Positions 1-11,714 of a stretch of DNA of 64,000 nt are shown here, in pieces. The notes under the pieces were generated by a model, which did not search any database, was not told the origin of the DNA, and was given only the letters and a program-made list of their open reading frames with translations. A program made the position numbers and the translations under genes. Source of the stretch: Marsupella aquatica (lineage: Eukaryota; Plantae; Marchantiophyta); assembly GCA_973895155.1 (NCBI GenBank), contig OZ316894.1:5542944-5606943 (forward strand), given 5' to 3'. Positions within the stretch are counted from its first letter, which is position 1. Every line of letters starts with the position of its first letter.

Positions 1-819
1 TCACACCAAATAAGTTGTTCAAGTAAACTCAAGAAGTTGGTGCTTACAGCCAAGATTCTAAACAATGAGAGATCATTTTCAACCAGATCATGCAACTTAC
101 CCTTGGCTCAGGTACAATTTTGATGGATTTCTGGCATATGACAATGTTGAAGGACAATCCCCCTTATTGTAGGAACCAAAACATTCCTCTCAGCAAACTC
201 AGCAAATTAACGCAACCCTCCCCTTTGCTATTTCAATGTGCCTTGTATCTTTATTACGTCTACATGTCTTTGACTTGGTCTACCCCACCCTTACGTCATA
301 GGCCAACCCACTTGTCTTTGTGAGGTGTCTTTGGAACTGTGAGGGTGTTCAAATTAATAACTAGACATTGTCATGAGAGTAAGAGGGTAAGGGTCCAACC
401 TTGGCAACAAATTAACTACTCCAAGTAGTATCAATGATCCAAAATCCTTAGTTACGGACCCCCATGAGAGGTCCCTTGCAAATTCCTTGCCACAAGGTTA
501 TGCCACATCAGCACAACCAGACACAAACAGGAAAGATCTTATTTTTGACAATAACAAAAATGCACATTCATGTTGTGGCAAAAGCAATGTAATTTTTGGG
601 GCACCATGCCATAAATATTAAGCATAAAAAATAGAATACAAAAGAAGAGACATCATTCAGTAAAATAAAGTTACCATTTTGATGATGTTTGTCAATGATA
701 TATCAGTGTTTTACATCAAAATGCTTGTATTTTTTAGTTGTTCAAGTTTGAAAAAACCAGTCGATAAAAATGTACATAGTTAGAAACCCTTTGGCTCCAC
801 ATTGTAAAACTAAAAATAA

Positions 820-1225
820 TGAATCTCCTTAGTACTTATGCAATCTGTCAATGTCACACTCATTGGAAAGCTTTAGTAAAATTAGAAACTCATCATCTCC
901 TTAGTACTTAACAAAATCTATCAATATTAGGTTCATTGGAAAGCTAGAGAAATTTGGATACCCATGATCTCTCTAATTCTTGACGAATACTCCCAATGTC
1001 ACACATTAGAAAACTAGAGAGATTGAAAACCTCATGATCTCTTTAGTACCGTGAAAAAATCTGACATGAAATTTGTTAATGTTGGACTCAATGTTGAAAA
1101 GCTAAAAGAATTCATGAACTCATGATCAAAATTTCTTACTATCACACTCATTGGAAAGTCAAAGAAATTCAAAAACTCATTTGAAATTTGACAAAATTTG
1201 TCAATCTGAGGCTCATTGGAAACTC
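820..1225. repeat. Degenerate tandem repeat, about 6 units of roughly 60-90 bp
   Basis: The motif CATTGGAAAG(CTAG)..AAATT..AACTCATGATCTC recurs near 861, 934, 1004, 1091, 1149 and 1214. Confidence 0.6.
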
Positions 1226-3026
1226 TTTCTTGATTAAGATCGAGATGTCACAATCTTGTCACCGTCACAAAATTAGCCACTGCAAATTGATTATTTGGAT
1301 TATGTTGTCATCGCTTGTCCGCAACGCTTGCTTCCCGGCTTGAATTGTTCGTTTCTCTAATCTTCAACTGAAGCTCACTTTGAACACAGGTTGACACCAA
1401 ATGCAGCCTTTATGTCAAAGAAACAATTGTTTGTCTCCCCCTCACACCATAACCTTCTTAGATAAAAAAACCTACAAAACCTTCATGTGAAGTGATGGCT
1501 CGTCCGTTTTGTGCATTTTTCTCACCGAAATGACAAGCGCTCTTTTGCCAACAACTGAGTGATGTCCTCCAGTCTGACTTGTGGCGATAATGCTCAACCT
1601 AACTGACAAACAATCTATCAAGAATGGTGGAAACACAATTTCTCCAATGTGTAAGCAAAAATTGTCAAAAAACTCAATTCCTCCACATTCAACCTTTTGT
1701 TTGAGAAACCAGAGATAATTTTCAACCACATCGATCTCCTCTATCTTTTGAGCGTTCTCTTTTGTACAAGCACACACCGAGACAACCAGGAGACTTAAAA
1801 TCATTGGTTACCGCCTTGCTGAAAACGGGGCTGAAAATTGATTTCACTTCATCACACACACATTCCTTGGATGAACATGGGGGTCCACAGATTAGCGTTT
1901 AGGCTTGCATTTTGGAAAGGAAGCTATGCAGAATACCTACCAACAACTTTGAAGGAGATAACCTTATGGGTGCATAATCCAGATTATGGAGATGTTGCAA
2001 AGCCTCCAGAAGAGGACACACATGGCTGAGCTGATGGAAATAGAGGGAAAACAGGAAACATGTTGGGGACCAGCACAATGGGAGGAGCAACAATGCAATA
2101 ACTACTTCAGCTGAGGTTACACATCAAGTGCCTCTCTCTCGGCCAACACTTTCAACTGTCCACAATGACAAGGGCTAAGTCAAAAGCAACATGGAAGACC
2201 CACAGATACGTCTCAACAGCTAGCTAGGGGGTGAGGGGGCAGAGGCATACAAGCCTTGGCAAGGACAGAATATGCATGGGCATCATTCTCTCAAGAGCTA
2301 TCATTACCCGGGCCGATGCCCTACATGTAGGTTTGTGGCATTTATGGGGTCCCAATAACTGCACATCAAAATATGACATATACAATGCACTACATCCCTC
2401 CATACCACAATAAACCTAGTTATTTTCTTTAAATCAATGAGTGCACACCATATATTACCACATTTTTATGTGTGATTACCGGCCCGATTACCGGCAGGGG
2501 CATTTATGTATGGCCTGGCCCGAAGCCCTATGCAGAGCTTGGGGCCTTGTATAATTTAATAATGTCCTGGCCAGGGCCATGGCATGCAGGGCGAGCAGGT
2601 AGGGGTGAGCCAGGGTGCAGGAGGGCAAGCAGGGTGCTGCCAATGGGGAGAGGTGGCAGCTATGGCCAGTGGCTGCCCCTTGCAGTACCCTGCACAGGGA
2701 AAAGTGGGCAGGGCGACCTGTTGACAACTGAGGCAGGCCAAGAGTTGGCACCTAACTAAAGTGCAGCCGTGCACCAGACATGCACGGGAGGGCAGGCGGA
2801 GGATTCAAGAAGGACTTGTTTTTGCAATTGAAAGTTTCTAAAAAATATGAAATGATCTAATGGTTGATAATCATTCCCGCCAAGAGCTCTTTTCAGAAGC
2901 GGACAAAGGACAAAAAGTGGTGGGATTATGTATTATAGTGGTAGATGCAAGTGAAGCCATTTTGAACTCGAGCTTAATAAAAATGCTTAAAACTCTTTGT
3001 TCACCCAACGTGTCTTGCAAAGTTCT

Positions 3027-6000
3027 TGTCACTTGTCTACCCAACCATTTATACGTAAAATACTACTCTCCTGTGCATAAACTGTTGGTATCGTGTTACG
3101 GGGTCGTGGAGGGACACTATTTGGAGGATTTCCACACCTAAGGATGAGTATATTTGATTCCGCTCCCGGAAATGTAATTTTTCATCAAGTCTACCGACTA
3201 GCCATTCTCTGCTTTTGATCAAGTCCCATGGCCTACTCCACACACACACACACACACACTTCTACTGGTCGTTGTGGAGTGCTGTCACCACCCCCCTTTC
3301 CTTAACTGGTTGACCAACCCAAGCAAGGATTCCTTAGACACTTCCTAGGAAAGAACACAATTGTGAACCGGAAAACATAACGCAACACCAAACTTGAGAA
3401 ATCAAATCAAATCCATATCTTTTGGTAAAAAGGATAACACATTGCAAGGACAACCCAGCCTCCTGCCGTCTGTCCAACTCTTGCCTCAATGGGGCAAGCG
3501 CTACCCTCTACCTCACTACTCTGACTCGGTTCCTCCTTCTGGTCCTCCGCTAACTTCCCGTAAGCAAACACTATACTGAGTTCCCCCCTAACTACTCCGG
3601 GGCTCTCCCCCTAAATACCAAAAAACACACCAATGAGGGGGCCACAACGATGGCAGCTTACCCTAGCGGCGCCGCTAAACCCTTTACTAAGAAACCCCTA
3701 AACGAAAAGCATGCGGCACACACATGCTTCTAAAACCCTAAACCCTAAACTAACAATGGGGCCAATGGTGCCTTTGGCGGCGCCCCAACATTACTTCGTG
3801 AACCGTGAAATTGCAAGGAACCCTACAATGGCCGAAACTAGGTGCCCTTCCACTTGCACTTCTGAGTTCACCCCTGGATAGCCCTCCTCCTCCTGATCAT
3901 GAATCACTCAACCGCTCTTGAAACGGACATCGGATGACCAAGTTATGGCCGTTTCAGTATCCCGTAAACCCAACTTCGTCGGGCCCTAACTTGCTTATCC
4001 TGACTCCGTTTGAGGAGCGCCGCCTCTTGTTGGAATCAGCTCCGCGAGCTCTTTCCAACAAGCCCGTGAGTGACCCCTTACAAAAAAGTTGGAAAGTCAA
4101 GGGGCCGTACAACCACGTCCGTACGACCACTCTAATCCTCCTCTTCGCTCACGGTGCCCTGGCTTGAGCCCCGTGAGTGGGCCTCCTCATCACTCTCCAC
4201 TAGAGTGAGTGCCACTTCACTCCTCTTCTTCTTCACCGGGGTACTCCTTGTGCTAGTGCTCCCCTACTTCCTCAAATTGGCCAAGGCCTGCCACGCCTTA
4301 ATGTACCCCTCACCAATGGTGTCCTTCCATAAGGCCGCCTCTTCACCGAACCGCAACTCCAACGGTAAAACCTGCCCGGTGGCCATGGGAGTCCCAGGGG
4401 TGACAGATCGGGGTGGCATCCCCGGGGTCCCCGTGTTGACCTGAGCCTCTCGTAACGATTTACGTACCTCCCTGAGCTTCTTCTCTAAGCTCTTGCTCTT
4501 CTCTTGACTCTTCTTGGCTGCATCCAACAGGGGTCCATACTTCCCATTGACTTCCTTCACCACCATCTCAATGGCCCGGGAGATCAAATCCGGGGAAAGT
4601 GTGGAGCTAGGTGTGCAAGGGCTCTTCCGTTTCCCCAGACTCAAGGCCTCACTCCTCTTAGCCCTTGTCTCAAAGATCACCATTTGACTCCGTAGTGCTC
4701 CCACCTGGGCTCTTAACTCCACCACTTCTCCAGAATTCTGCTTCTCTTTGGCCAATGCCTGTTTCAATACTCCAACCTCTTCCGCTTCCTTGGCCTTGGT
4801 GGACAAGGCTCCCTTCAAGTTGGAGATCTCTATGTGAGCTGCTTGGAGAAGTTTAACCTTCTCATGAATGGCCTCCTCCTTGGCCTTGATCACCTCCTTC
4901 ATAGACAGGGCACTCTGCTCCAAAGTCTCTACTCTGGCGGTGGCCTGCTTGAGAGAATCTCTCAATGCGTGGACTAGCTTGAGTCCCTCATGGACTCCCT
5001 CCCGGAAATCCCGTAACTCCGCCACGTAGACATCAGGAATGTCATAGACCAGGGGCTCCTCCGGATCTCCCACAAGTGATTCAAGCCACTCCAATATGGA
5101 GTCCTTATCCTGGTTTTCTTCCCCTCTATTATCATCCCCAACCGCCGACGATGATCCCTCCGTTAGTTTCCCCAAGATGGTAGTGGCAATACTCCTGATT
5201 TCCGTGGTAAGGGATGATCCAGAGTCTTCCTGTCCCGGAAAAACAATCCACCCTTCTGCTCTGGCCAGCAAAAATGACCCCATCAAATGTACAGCCCCAC
5301 CTGGTTTCACACTCCCGGGATCGGCATCCAATAGCTTCTTCAACCCGTAATACCACCATCCGTACACATGGGCTGGATAGTTCTTGATGTCCATAGCTAC
5401 CACAAAATGCTCTCCATTCACCACCCCGGATTGCACGTTACCAAGGACCCGTTGATGAACCTTGGCCAGAAATCCCTTGTGCTCAGCATCCTTGACGGCG
5501 GAAAGAGGAATGGAAGTAGTGGAGGTGGGATTAATCACACAACCGGCCACCATTGTTAACGTGAGCTCTCCCCTTATGTTCCAAGGTGTGAATGAGAATT
5601 GCTGGTTCTCCAGAAACAGAAGCTTAGCTAACTCCACATGGGGCACTACCCGTTGGAGACATTCAAAGTAGATTCCTTCCGTACGTAACTCCATCCCGGC
5701 CTCAATGTTCCAACTCTTCCCCGAAGAGATTGTAATCTCCACCTTCATGAACTCCGTGAGCCCGGTGGCTTGAAAAACATTCCTACAATCCTCCATCACC
5801 TTGGCGGAGGTTTTGGGATAAATTCGACGGAAACCCTTCCTACTCACCGGTGTGGAACTTGCCGCCAGCCCAGTACTCATCGTAGCTTCTCTCTCTTCTC
5901 TCTCTCTTGCAATCAATGTCTCAACGTAGTCACGGTAAGCAGCCTTGTATCTCCGAACGCGTGCCGCACTAAACTCAGGTTGATCCAGCATCCATGCATC

Positions 6001-7621
6001 CAGAAATCAAATCCTCAATCACCAAATCCCGTCACCCGTAGCAATGTCAATTCCCTGGCCCGAAACGGCCCCCGTATCCCGATCAATCAATTACTCTCAA
6101 TTCCCTCAGAAGCCACTCCGTGCCGCTGCCACTAATGCCTGAAAGAATCATGCCAACAAACCCCAACAATTGACCATAAGAAAGAGCTTCCAGAATAATT
6201 GCAAAATGTGGAGAGAGCTTTCGGCAAGAGTTGAGAGAGAGCCCGAGTTTTTGCTTTCGGCAATGAGTTGGTCTTGCAAAAGAGAGGAAATGAGAAAACA
6301 GGAAGGAAAAAAAGGAAACCCCGTGGCTCTTTTGCTAATTTTCCCTCGCGGCTGGGCCTTGCTTACGCCCTTAACTCGCGGCTGCACCTTGCGCCCCGGC
6401 ACCCTTTTACTCCTCCTCGCGGCTGCGCCTCGCTTACGCCCTGGCAGTCCTCTTCCTCCTCGCGGCTGCGCCTCGCTTACTCCCGGAGCTGCTTCGGGGC
6501 TCCGCCTACTCGCGGGGCTCGGTTAAGAGGGCTCCGTTAGAGGGCTCCTTAAGAGGGGTTTAATCCCCCCCAACTCCTTCTCGCCACGCGCCCCGGCTGC
6601 CCTGCGCCCCGGCTGCCCTGCTACCACCTGGCTACGGCCTCCCGACCACCGGGAGCATTAATGCCCCCTCGGCTGGCCACGGCATCGCCTCGCGACGGCC
6701 TGCCCCAACTCCCTTCTCGCGGGAGAGTTAATACTCCCCCCCGTCACCTTACTCGCCACTCACCGGCATGCCCGCGGCTGCGCCTCGCGGGGCCCCAATG
6801 GGGTATTTAACCCCCTTTAATCCCTCCCCTTGTACGCCTACTCCTGCGCGCTCCTCGGCCCCGACAGTGCCTCGCTGCTGCTACCTCGCGGCGCCTCTCC
6901 CTATGCAAGGCCTGCTACCGCGAGCGCCACCTGCCTTAGTACTCGCGGGGCCTTTATTGGGGGATTTAACCCCCCTGTTTCTCCCTAAATCTCTAAGCGC
7001 CCGGCAGCCCCTTTCGCCTTGCCACGGTGCTCGTGCCTCGCCCTGCCTAGCACGCCTCCCTATGCAAGGGGGCTGGGTCTCCCGGGTGCCACCTGACTCA
7101 CGGCTTGCGGGGCCCGGTCTGGCTCGCCTCCCTCACGGGGGTTTTAATCCCCCCTGCCCTTTTATTTTCCTCCCTGGTCACGCCCAGTCACGCCCTGCGC
7201 CTTGCTTACGCCCTTACAGCGCCACCCAAGGCCGGGGAAATTTAATTCTCCCTCAAGCCTGCAGGGGTGCCTTCCTTGCCCCGACAGCTCTTTCGCCTCT
7301 CCTCCTTATTTACAAGGGTTTCCCCCTTTATTTATTATTATTATTGTTTAGAAGCCCCCCTAAACCATAAAACTTAGCAAGGTCTCAAAAATAGCCCAAG
7401 TTAAACGGTAAATTCTACAATTGCTAGCTTAGGTCACCGTAAACCTCAGGACTATTGTGAGCGAGAAAAAGAATAAGTTAAGCCCCCCCGGGCATTACCA
7501 AATTATAATGACAAAAGTAACTTCAAAAATAAAAAAAACTCGGTATTTACAATGGTTATTTACACGACATAGCCCAGTTAAACAATTATCAAGGATTTTC
7601 AGTGACAGGGACCCCGTCACA
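3027..7621 (-). mobile_element. 4.6-kb ORF-bearing solo-LTR-like element, family A copy 1 (intact)
   Basis: Plus-strand ends are TGTCAC.. (3027) and ..CCCCGTCACA (7621), flanked by an exact 5-bp TSD GTTCT (3022-3026 / 7622-7626). No internal direct repeats and no gag/pol. Homologous to 32608-48259, 41923-48195 and 36269-38761. Confidence 0.9.
4264..5991 (-). CDS. 575-aa element-encoded protein of unknown function: N-terminal globular-looking domain, C-terminal coiled coil, basic LGKRK motif
   Basis: Uninterrupted ATG-initiated ORF. Blocks YKAAYRDY, FQATGLT.FM.VEI, ELAKLLFL.NQ, WWY(Y/F)GLKK, EWLESLVG.PEEPL, DFREGV.EGLKL and LWKDTI..GY.KAW recur in the disrupted copies at 34.7-40.8 kb and 43.3-46.9 kb. 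Heptad-rich stretch at about aa 330-445. Confidence 0.85.
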   Translation of the reverse strand: MLDQPEFSAARVRRYKAAYRDYVETLIAREREEREATMSTGLAASSTPVSRKGFRRIYPKTSAKVMEDCRNVFQATGLTEFMKVEITISSGKSWNIEAGMELRTEGIYFECLQRVVPHVELAKLLFLENQQFSFTPWNIRGELTLTMVAGCVINPTSTTSIPLSAVKDAEHKGFLAKVHQRVLGNVQSGVVNGEHFVVAMDIKNYPAHVYGWWYYGLKKLLDADPGSVKPGGAVHLMGSFLLARAEGWIVFPGQEDSGSSLTTEIRSIATTILGKLTEGSSSAVGDDNRGEENQDKDSILEWLESLVGDPEEPLVYDIPDVYVAELRDFREGVHEGLKLVHALRDSLKQATARVETLEQSALSMKEVIKAKEEAIHEKVKLLQAAHIEISNLKGALSTKAKEAEEVGVLKQALAKEKQNSGEVVELRAQVGALRSQMVIFETRAKRSEALSLGKRKSPCTPSSTLSPDLISRAIEMVVKEVNGKYGPLLDAAKKSQEKSKSLEKKLREVRKSLREAQVNTGTPGMPPRSVTPGTPMATGQVLPLELRFGEEAALWKDTIGEGYIKAWQALANLRK

Positions 7622-7800
7622 GTTCTTGTGCCTACTTTTGGTGTCTTATCATGTCTAGACTTCCAAACACTTCTTAGGGGCACTTTACAAGAAGGTTGAC
7701 ATAGCAGTAAGAGGCATTTTTACCAGGGCTGAAACTGAGCCCGGATTCACGTGTATGATTGGATGCCATGCCTGACCATTGTTCATTCTCTTGGGAAAGA

Positions 7801-10185
7801 TGTGACGCCAATGACATGGTCCTTATTTTGTAATCTGATTAAGTAGGTTGCTGTATGCAAGGAGTAGCTATTGATATTGCATAACAATTAGCAAGATGGC
7901 AAGAATAAGGGCAATCATGGCGTTAAGAGTAGGGAAATAAAAGCTATGTCGCAGGTGGTTGGTGACCATATCTCTTTCAATATGTCACCAAATCCGGATC
8001 TGTAAAGAGCATTGGAAAGATCTGGTCAAGGCGAGTAAAATCGATATAAAACACTCGGGAAACACGGGGGGAAACAGAGGTGTATTAAGAAAGATACGGC
8101 CTGATTAGTGTGACGGGTTAACTTGTGGCCGGAATTAGCGGATTCGGCTTCAGTTTCGGGTTAACCCAAGCTCGACCACGGCTTAGCTTATGTGAGCACG
8201 GCTTCAGCTTAGCTCAGGTCAGCACGGCTTCAGCTTAGCTTAGGTAAGCACGGCTTCAGTTTATCTCAGGTAAGAACGGCTTCAGCTTAGCTCAGGTCAG
8301 CACGGCTTCAGCTTAGCTCAGGTCAACACGGCTTCAGCTTAGCTCAGGTCAGCGTGGCCTCAGGTTAGCATAGGTAAGCTCGGATTCGGGCTCAGCTTAG
8401 GCTAGGTTAGCGGATAGCGGATAGCGGGTAGCGGCCTAACCCGAGACCACGGGTTAGCTCTACTCGGGTTAGATAGGATAGCTAGGTTAGCCAAACTCGG
8501 GTTAGCTATGTAACTCGGGTTAGCGCAGCAGTGAGTACCCCCTCTCGGTTGCGGGGGCATAACTCTCTGTGTATTTGATCAAATCGGCTATAATTGACCT
8601 CGTTGGAAAGAGGAGCTCAAGCCGCTTCCAACGCTGCTATCCACGCAGAAAATGGTTAAATAGAGAAATCGGGAGAGGAGGCGCAAGCTCGCGAAAACCA
8701 TGGAGGAGGGCCGAATCCGAAGTACATAGCCAATTCGAGATAGAAATAAAGTTGCGAGTTAGGGTTCAGTAGTTAGAGATAGTGGCGGCTCTGTTAGGGC
8801 TGGGATGGGGCTCCAGCAGCGTAGTATCCACCCATTTGGGCTCAGTATGAGAGAGTATATAGAGCATCCCTCCGGTAGAGGCAGGGGGGGACTTCAGTTG
8901 TGTGATCTCACTTAGACTGAGTAGCGGGGAGGAGCTCTGTGCAAGCAAGGCTGGACTTGGACGCTGCGTGTTGGGGAGAGCTTGGTTGTGCTATTACTCA
9001 GGGAGTAATTAGCCAAGCTTCACAGCAACGGGTTGCTAGGTTTGCGAGATGGATTGTGGCTCTTTCTAGTGGGCAGCACAACTGGGTTCTTTTCCCCCGA
9101 TACAGAGCCTTGGTGATAGGTGATGTATTGGTGATTGTAAACTGTGGGGAGGATTTCAATTCGTTTTGCGGTGGGCACATTAGGGAGGCTGAGGTACTGA
9201 TTAAGGGGCAGCAGGAGGAGCATTTACAGTTCAGTCTGGCAAGACTACGTGATCCATGGGGAGTCCCGGCCTTTGTCTGGTGGAGAGCACTAAGGGATCT
9301 ATGGCCAGAGCTGAGCTTGCAGGGCAAGCGTGAGGCCGGGCCTCATTGCAGTCTGGGATAGATCGCCGTTAGGCCTGGTACCAGCTTTGAAGTCGAGTCA
9401 ACTATGCATGCGTAACTTGGCGTTCTGAATTGGAGGTGTGAGATCTGTATGTGCCCCCAAGAATGAAGTGCAGTGAAGGAGGTTGAGTTCAGGATTGAGC
9501 TTGCATGGCAAGCACGGGCTTGCAGGGCAAGCACGTCACAATCTGGAGGAGACAGCCTTCGGCCCTAGTGTTCGGATCAAGTGTTCTCAGTGAACTATTG
9601 TGCACATCTTTGAATCTAATTGAGTTTTCCTCTCAGGCCTCATTTCTCTCATGGATGTGTGTGTGTGTGAGGCAATCTGAGTGTATGATGGAACTAGCAG
9701 CGCCACTGAGAGGTGTACCAGGTGCATTGAAGCGGGCTGGGTGAGGACTGTCATAGCTCTGATTGTTGAGAGTGGAATGGCAGAGTGGTGGGGCAATGGC
9801 TTAGAAGTCCCTAAGCCGGGAATCAGTCAGGAGTCACTGGTTTATGGGTACATTCCGGCGGCGGAATAGAAACATACCTATGACAGTAAGCATATGTATA
9901 GACCTATGCGCACCGTAGCGCTAGGCCCTGTGTGTACGGGCCCGATATGAAGACCCCTTCTCACCAGAACTATCATGAGCGTAGATCTGATCCCCAACCT
10001 TGGTTCCTTGGGATTGAGCTTGGGTGATGTGTGATAGAGTCTTGCTATGATAGTCTGGTGTTAAGGGCATAAACTGGTGTTTACCGGCATTCACAACATC
10101 CCTTCGTGATCCTCAGGTACAAGGAGATGGTTTTGGCACCCATAGTGACGTTTTTGGTGTTAAGACCCATGTCAATCGCGTGACA
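7801..10185. mobile_element. 2.4-kb solo-LTR-like or TIR element (family B)
   Basis: Left end TGTGACGCCAATGACATGGTCCTTA versus reverse complement of the right end TGTCACGCGATTGACATGGGTCTTA (20/25 match). Exact TSD AAAGA (7796-7800 / 10186-10190). Confidence 0.85.
8195..8376. repeat. 26-bp minisatellite, about 7 copies, inside element B
   Basis: Unit AGCACGGCTTCAGCTTAGCTCAGGTC repeated head-to-tail with no spacers. Confidence 0.9.
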
Positions 10186-11714
10186 AAAGATAACCTGAAA
10201 CTATATAGAAATTGGCTAGTTGAATGTAACGACAAGGCAAGAAAACAAGCTAGGTTTTCAACTTCACAGGGAAAAGCACCACGGGAAGGAAACCAATCTT
10301 CCTTGCTGGAAGAATGACAGACAACATTGATGTACATGTAGGGGGTAGTCCATTCATTGCTACTTCAAATTTTATAATTTGAAGCCTAGGGGGAGCTCCC
10401 TCCCAGCCCTTGCATTGCCAGAACATTGCAGGAAATGTCAATTTATGTCTAAGCAAGTTATTGCAAAACATGAGGACAAGCCAGGCAGAAGATTATCACA
10501 CCTACACAGGTACAATAGTCGATAGTCTTTTGGTTGAGAGTGTAGCAGCAGCAAAAAACAGCCCAAACAAGGGCACCATGTAGGCTCAGCTGCTCTGAAG
10601 ATGGAACTTGCCTCGACACTGTTTTAAAGCGAATGGAGCCTGGGCAGTTTGAATGAATGGTGGAGATTAATTTCATGAAGGAGAAAGTGCCTCAACTGCC
10701 ACGGCCTTCTTGTAAAGTGCCCCTTCTTATACACAATTTCATCACAGACTAGTGACTTGGTGGGGAGTCTGAAGTTCCCAATTTTTCAATTGAAGAGGAA
10801 CTCATTTAAATTTCCAAATTTCTGATATAAGAAAATAATGAAAATTGCAATTCAAGAGAGGGATGAGTTGTAGTGTTGCAGCTGCTATCTCATCCATGTT
10901 CATCCTGTCACTAGTCAAGCCCTCATAGTAGTTGAAAGCTGTCTCCAGAAGCCCTAGCTCAGCACACAGAGAAATGGATAAATCTGTAAGCTCAGAATCT
11001 GTCAATTGTCCTCGTAGCTCCACATTCCATGTTGCAATGGAGCTTGACAGTCGATGTTGCTGCCCTACATCAGGTTGATCTTAAACTTGCCATTGTAGTT
11101 GGTCAATTCCCGTCTACATAAGGAGAAGAATGCCAAGTGAAGATTTGAATTCGCTCATTATGAAACTTCATACCTACCTTTATCAAAAAAGGTAAAAATA
11201 GAAAATCCTGTAGGCCATTAAGTATATTATTTAATGTCCTGGAGCACTATGAGCCAAATTAGTCCCCCAAAACTTGAACTAATAAGCCCCCATTTTTCAG
11301 GGCATTATGGCCCAATGCCCTGTAAATACAATGTTGTTATATTCAAAATTTCCTTACTGCTTGTCCTCGTTATAATTTAGGTGCATTTCATCAAGAAGAA
11401 TGCACAGTCTAAATTTAAATTGCGGACTTTTGAAACCTTTCCTCTACTTTCACAAACATAGAAATCTTGCAGGCCTGGTACAAGGCATTTCAAGTGTAGT
11501 AATGCCTCTTACCAGTGCTTTATGAATATGAGCATTTCAAGTGTAGTAGTGCCTCTTCATTGAATGGCAACAGAGATGATGACAAAGTCAGCATGCATGA
11601 CATACCATACTGCTCATTCACATACAATTGGTGGGGCCCTAGAGTTACGGTCTAGAGGCTTCACTCTAGAAGCCTAGACCCCACTCTAGCTTGGCGTTCG
11701 TGTTTCGTAAATAA

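Noticed and set aside
6148-7370. Pro/Ala/Arg-rich ORFs (e.g. 6768-7370, also 32864-33295 and 42273-43072)
   Set aside because: They arise from GC-rich low-complexity element flanks and are not conserved between family A copies.
8195-8376. 26-bp repeats as a CRISPR array
   Set aside because: Units are contiguous with no unique spacers, there are no cas genes, and the context is eukaryotic.
8109-10095. Alternative TGTGAC..TCACA boundaries for element B
   Set aside because: Flanks ATTAG and ACATC do not match, whereas 7801-10185 gives both a TIR and an exact TSD.
10250-11115. Exon-like minus-strand fragments (ELRGQLTDSEL...)
   Set aside because: They contain stops and no family was recognised, so no call can be supported.
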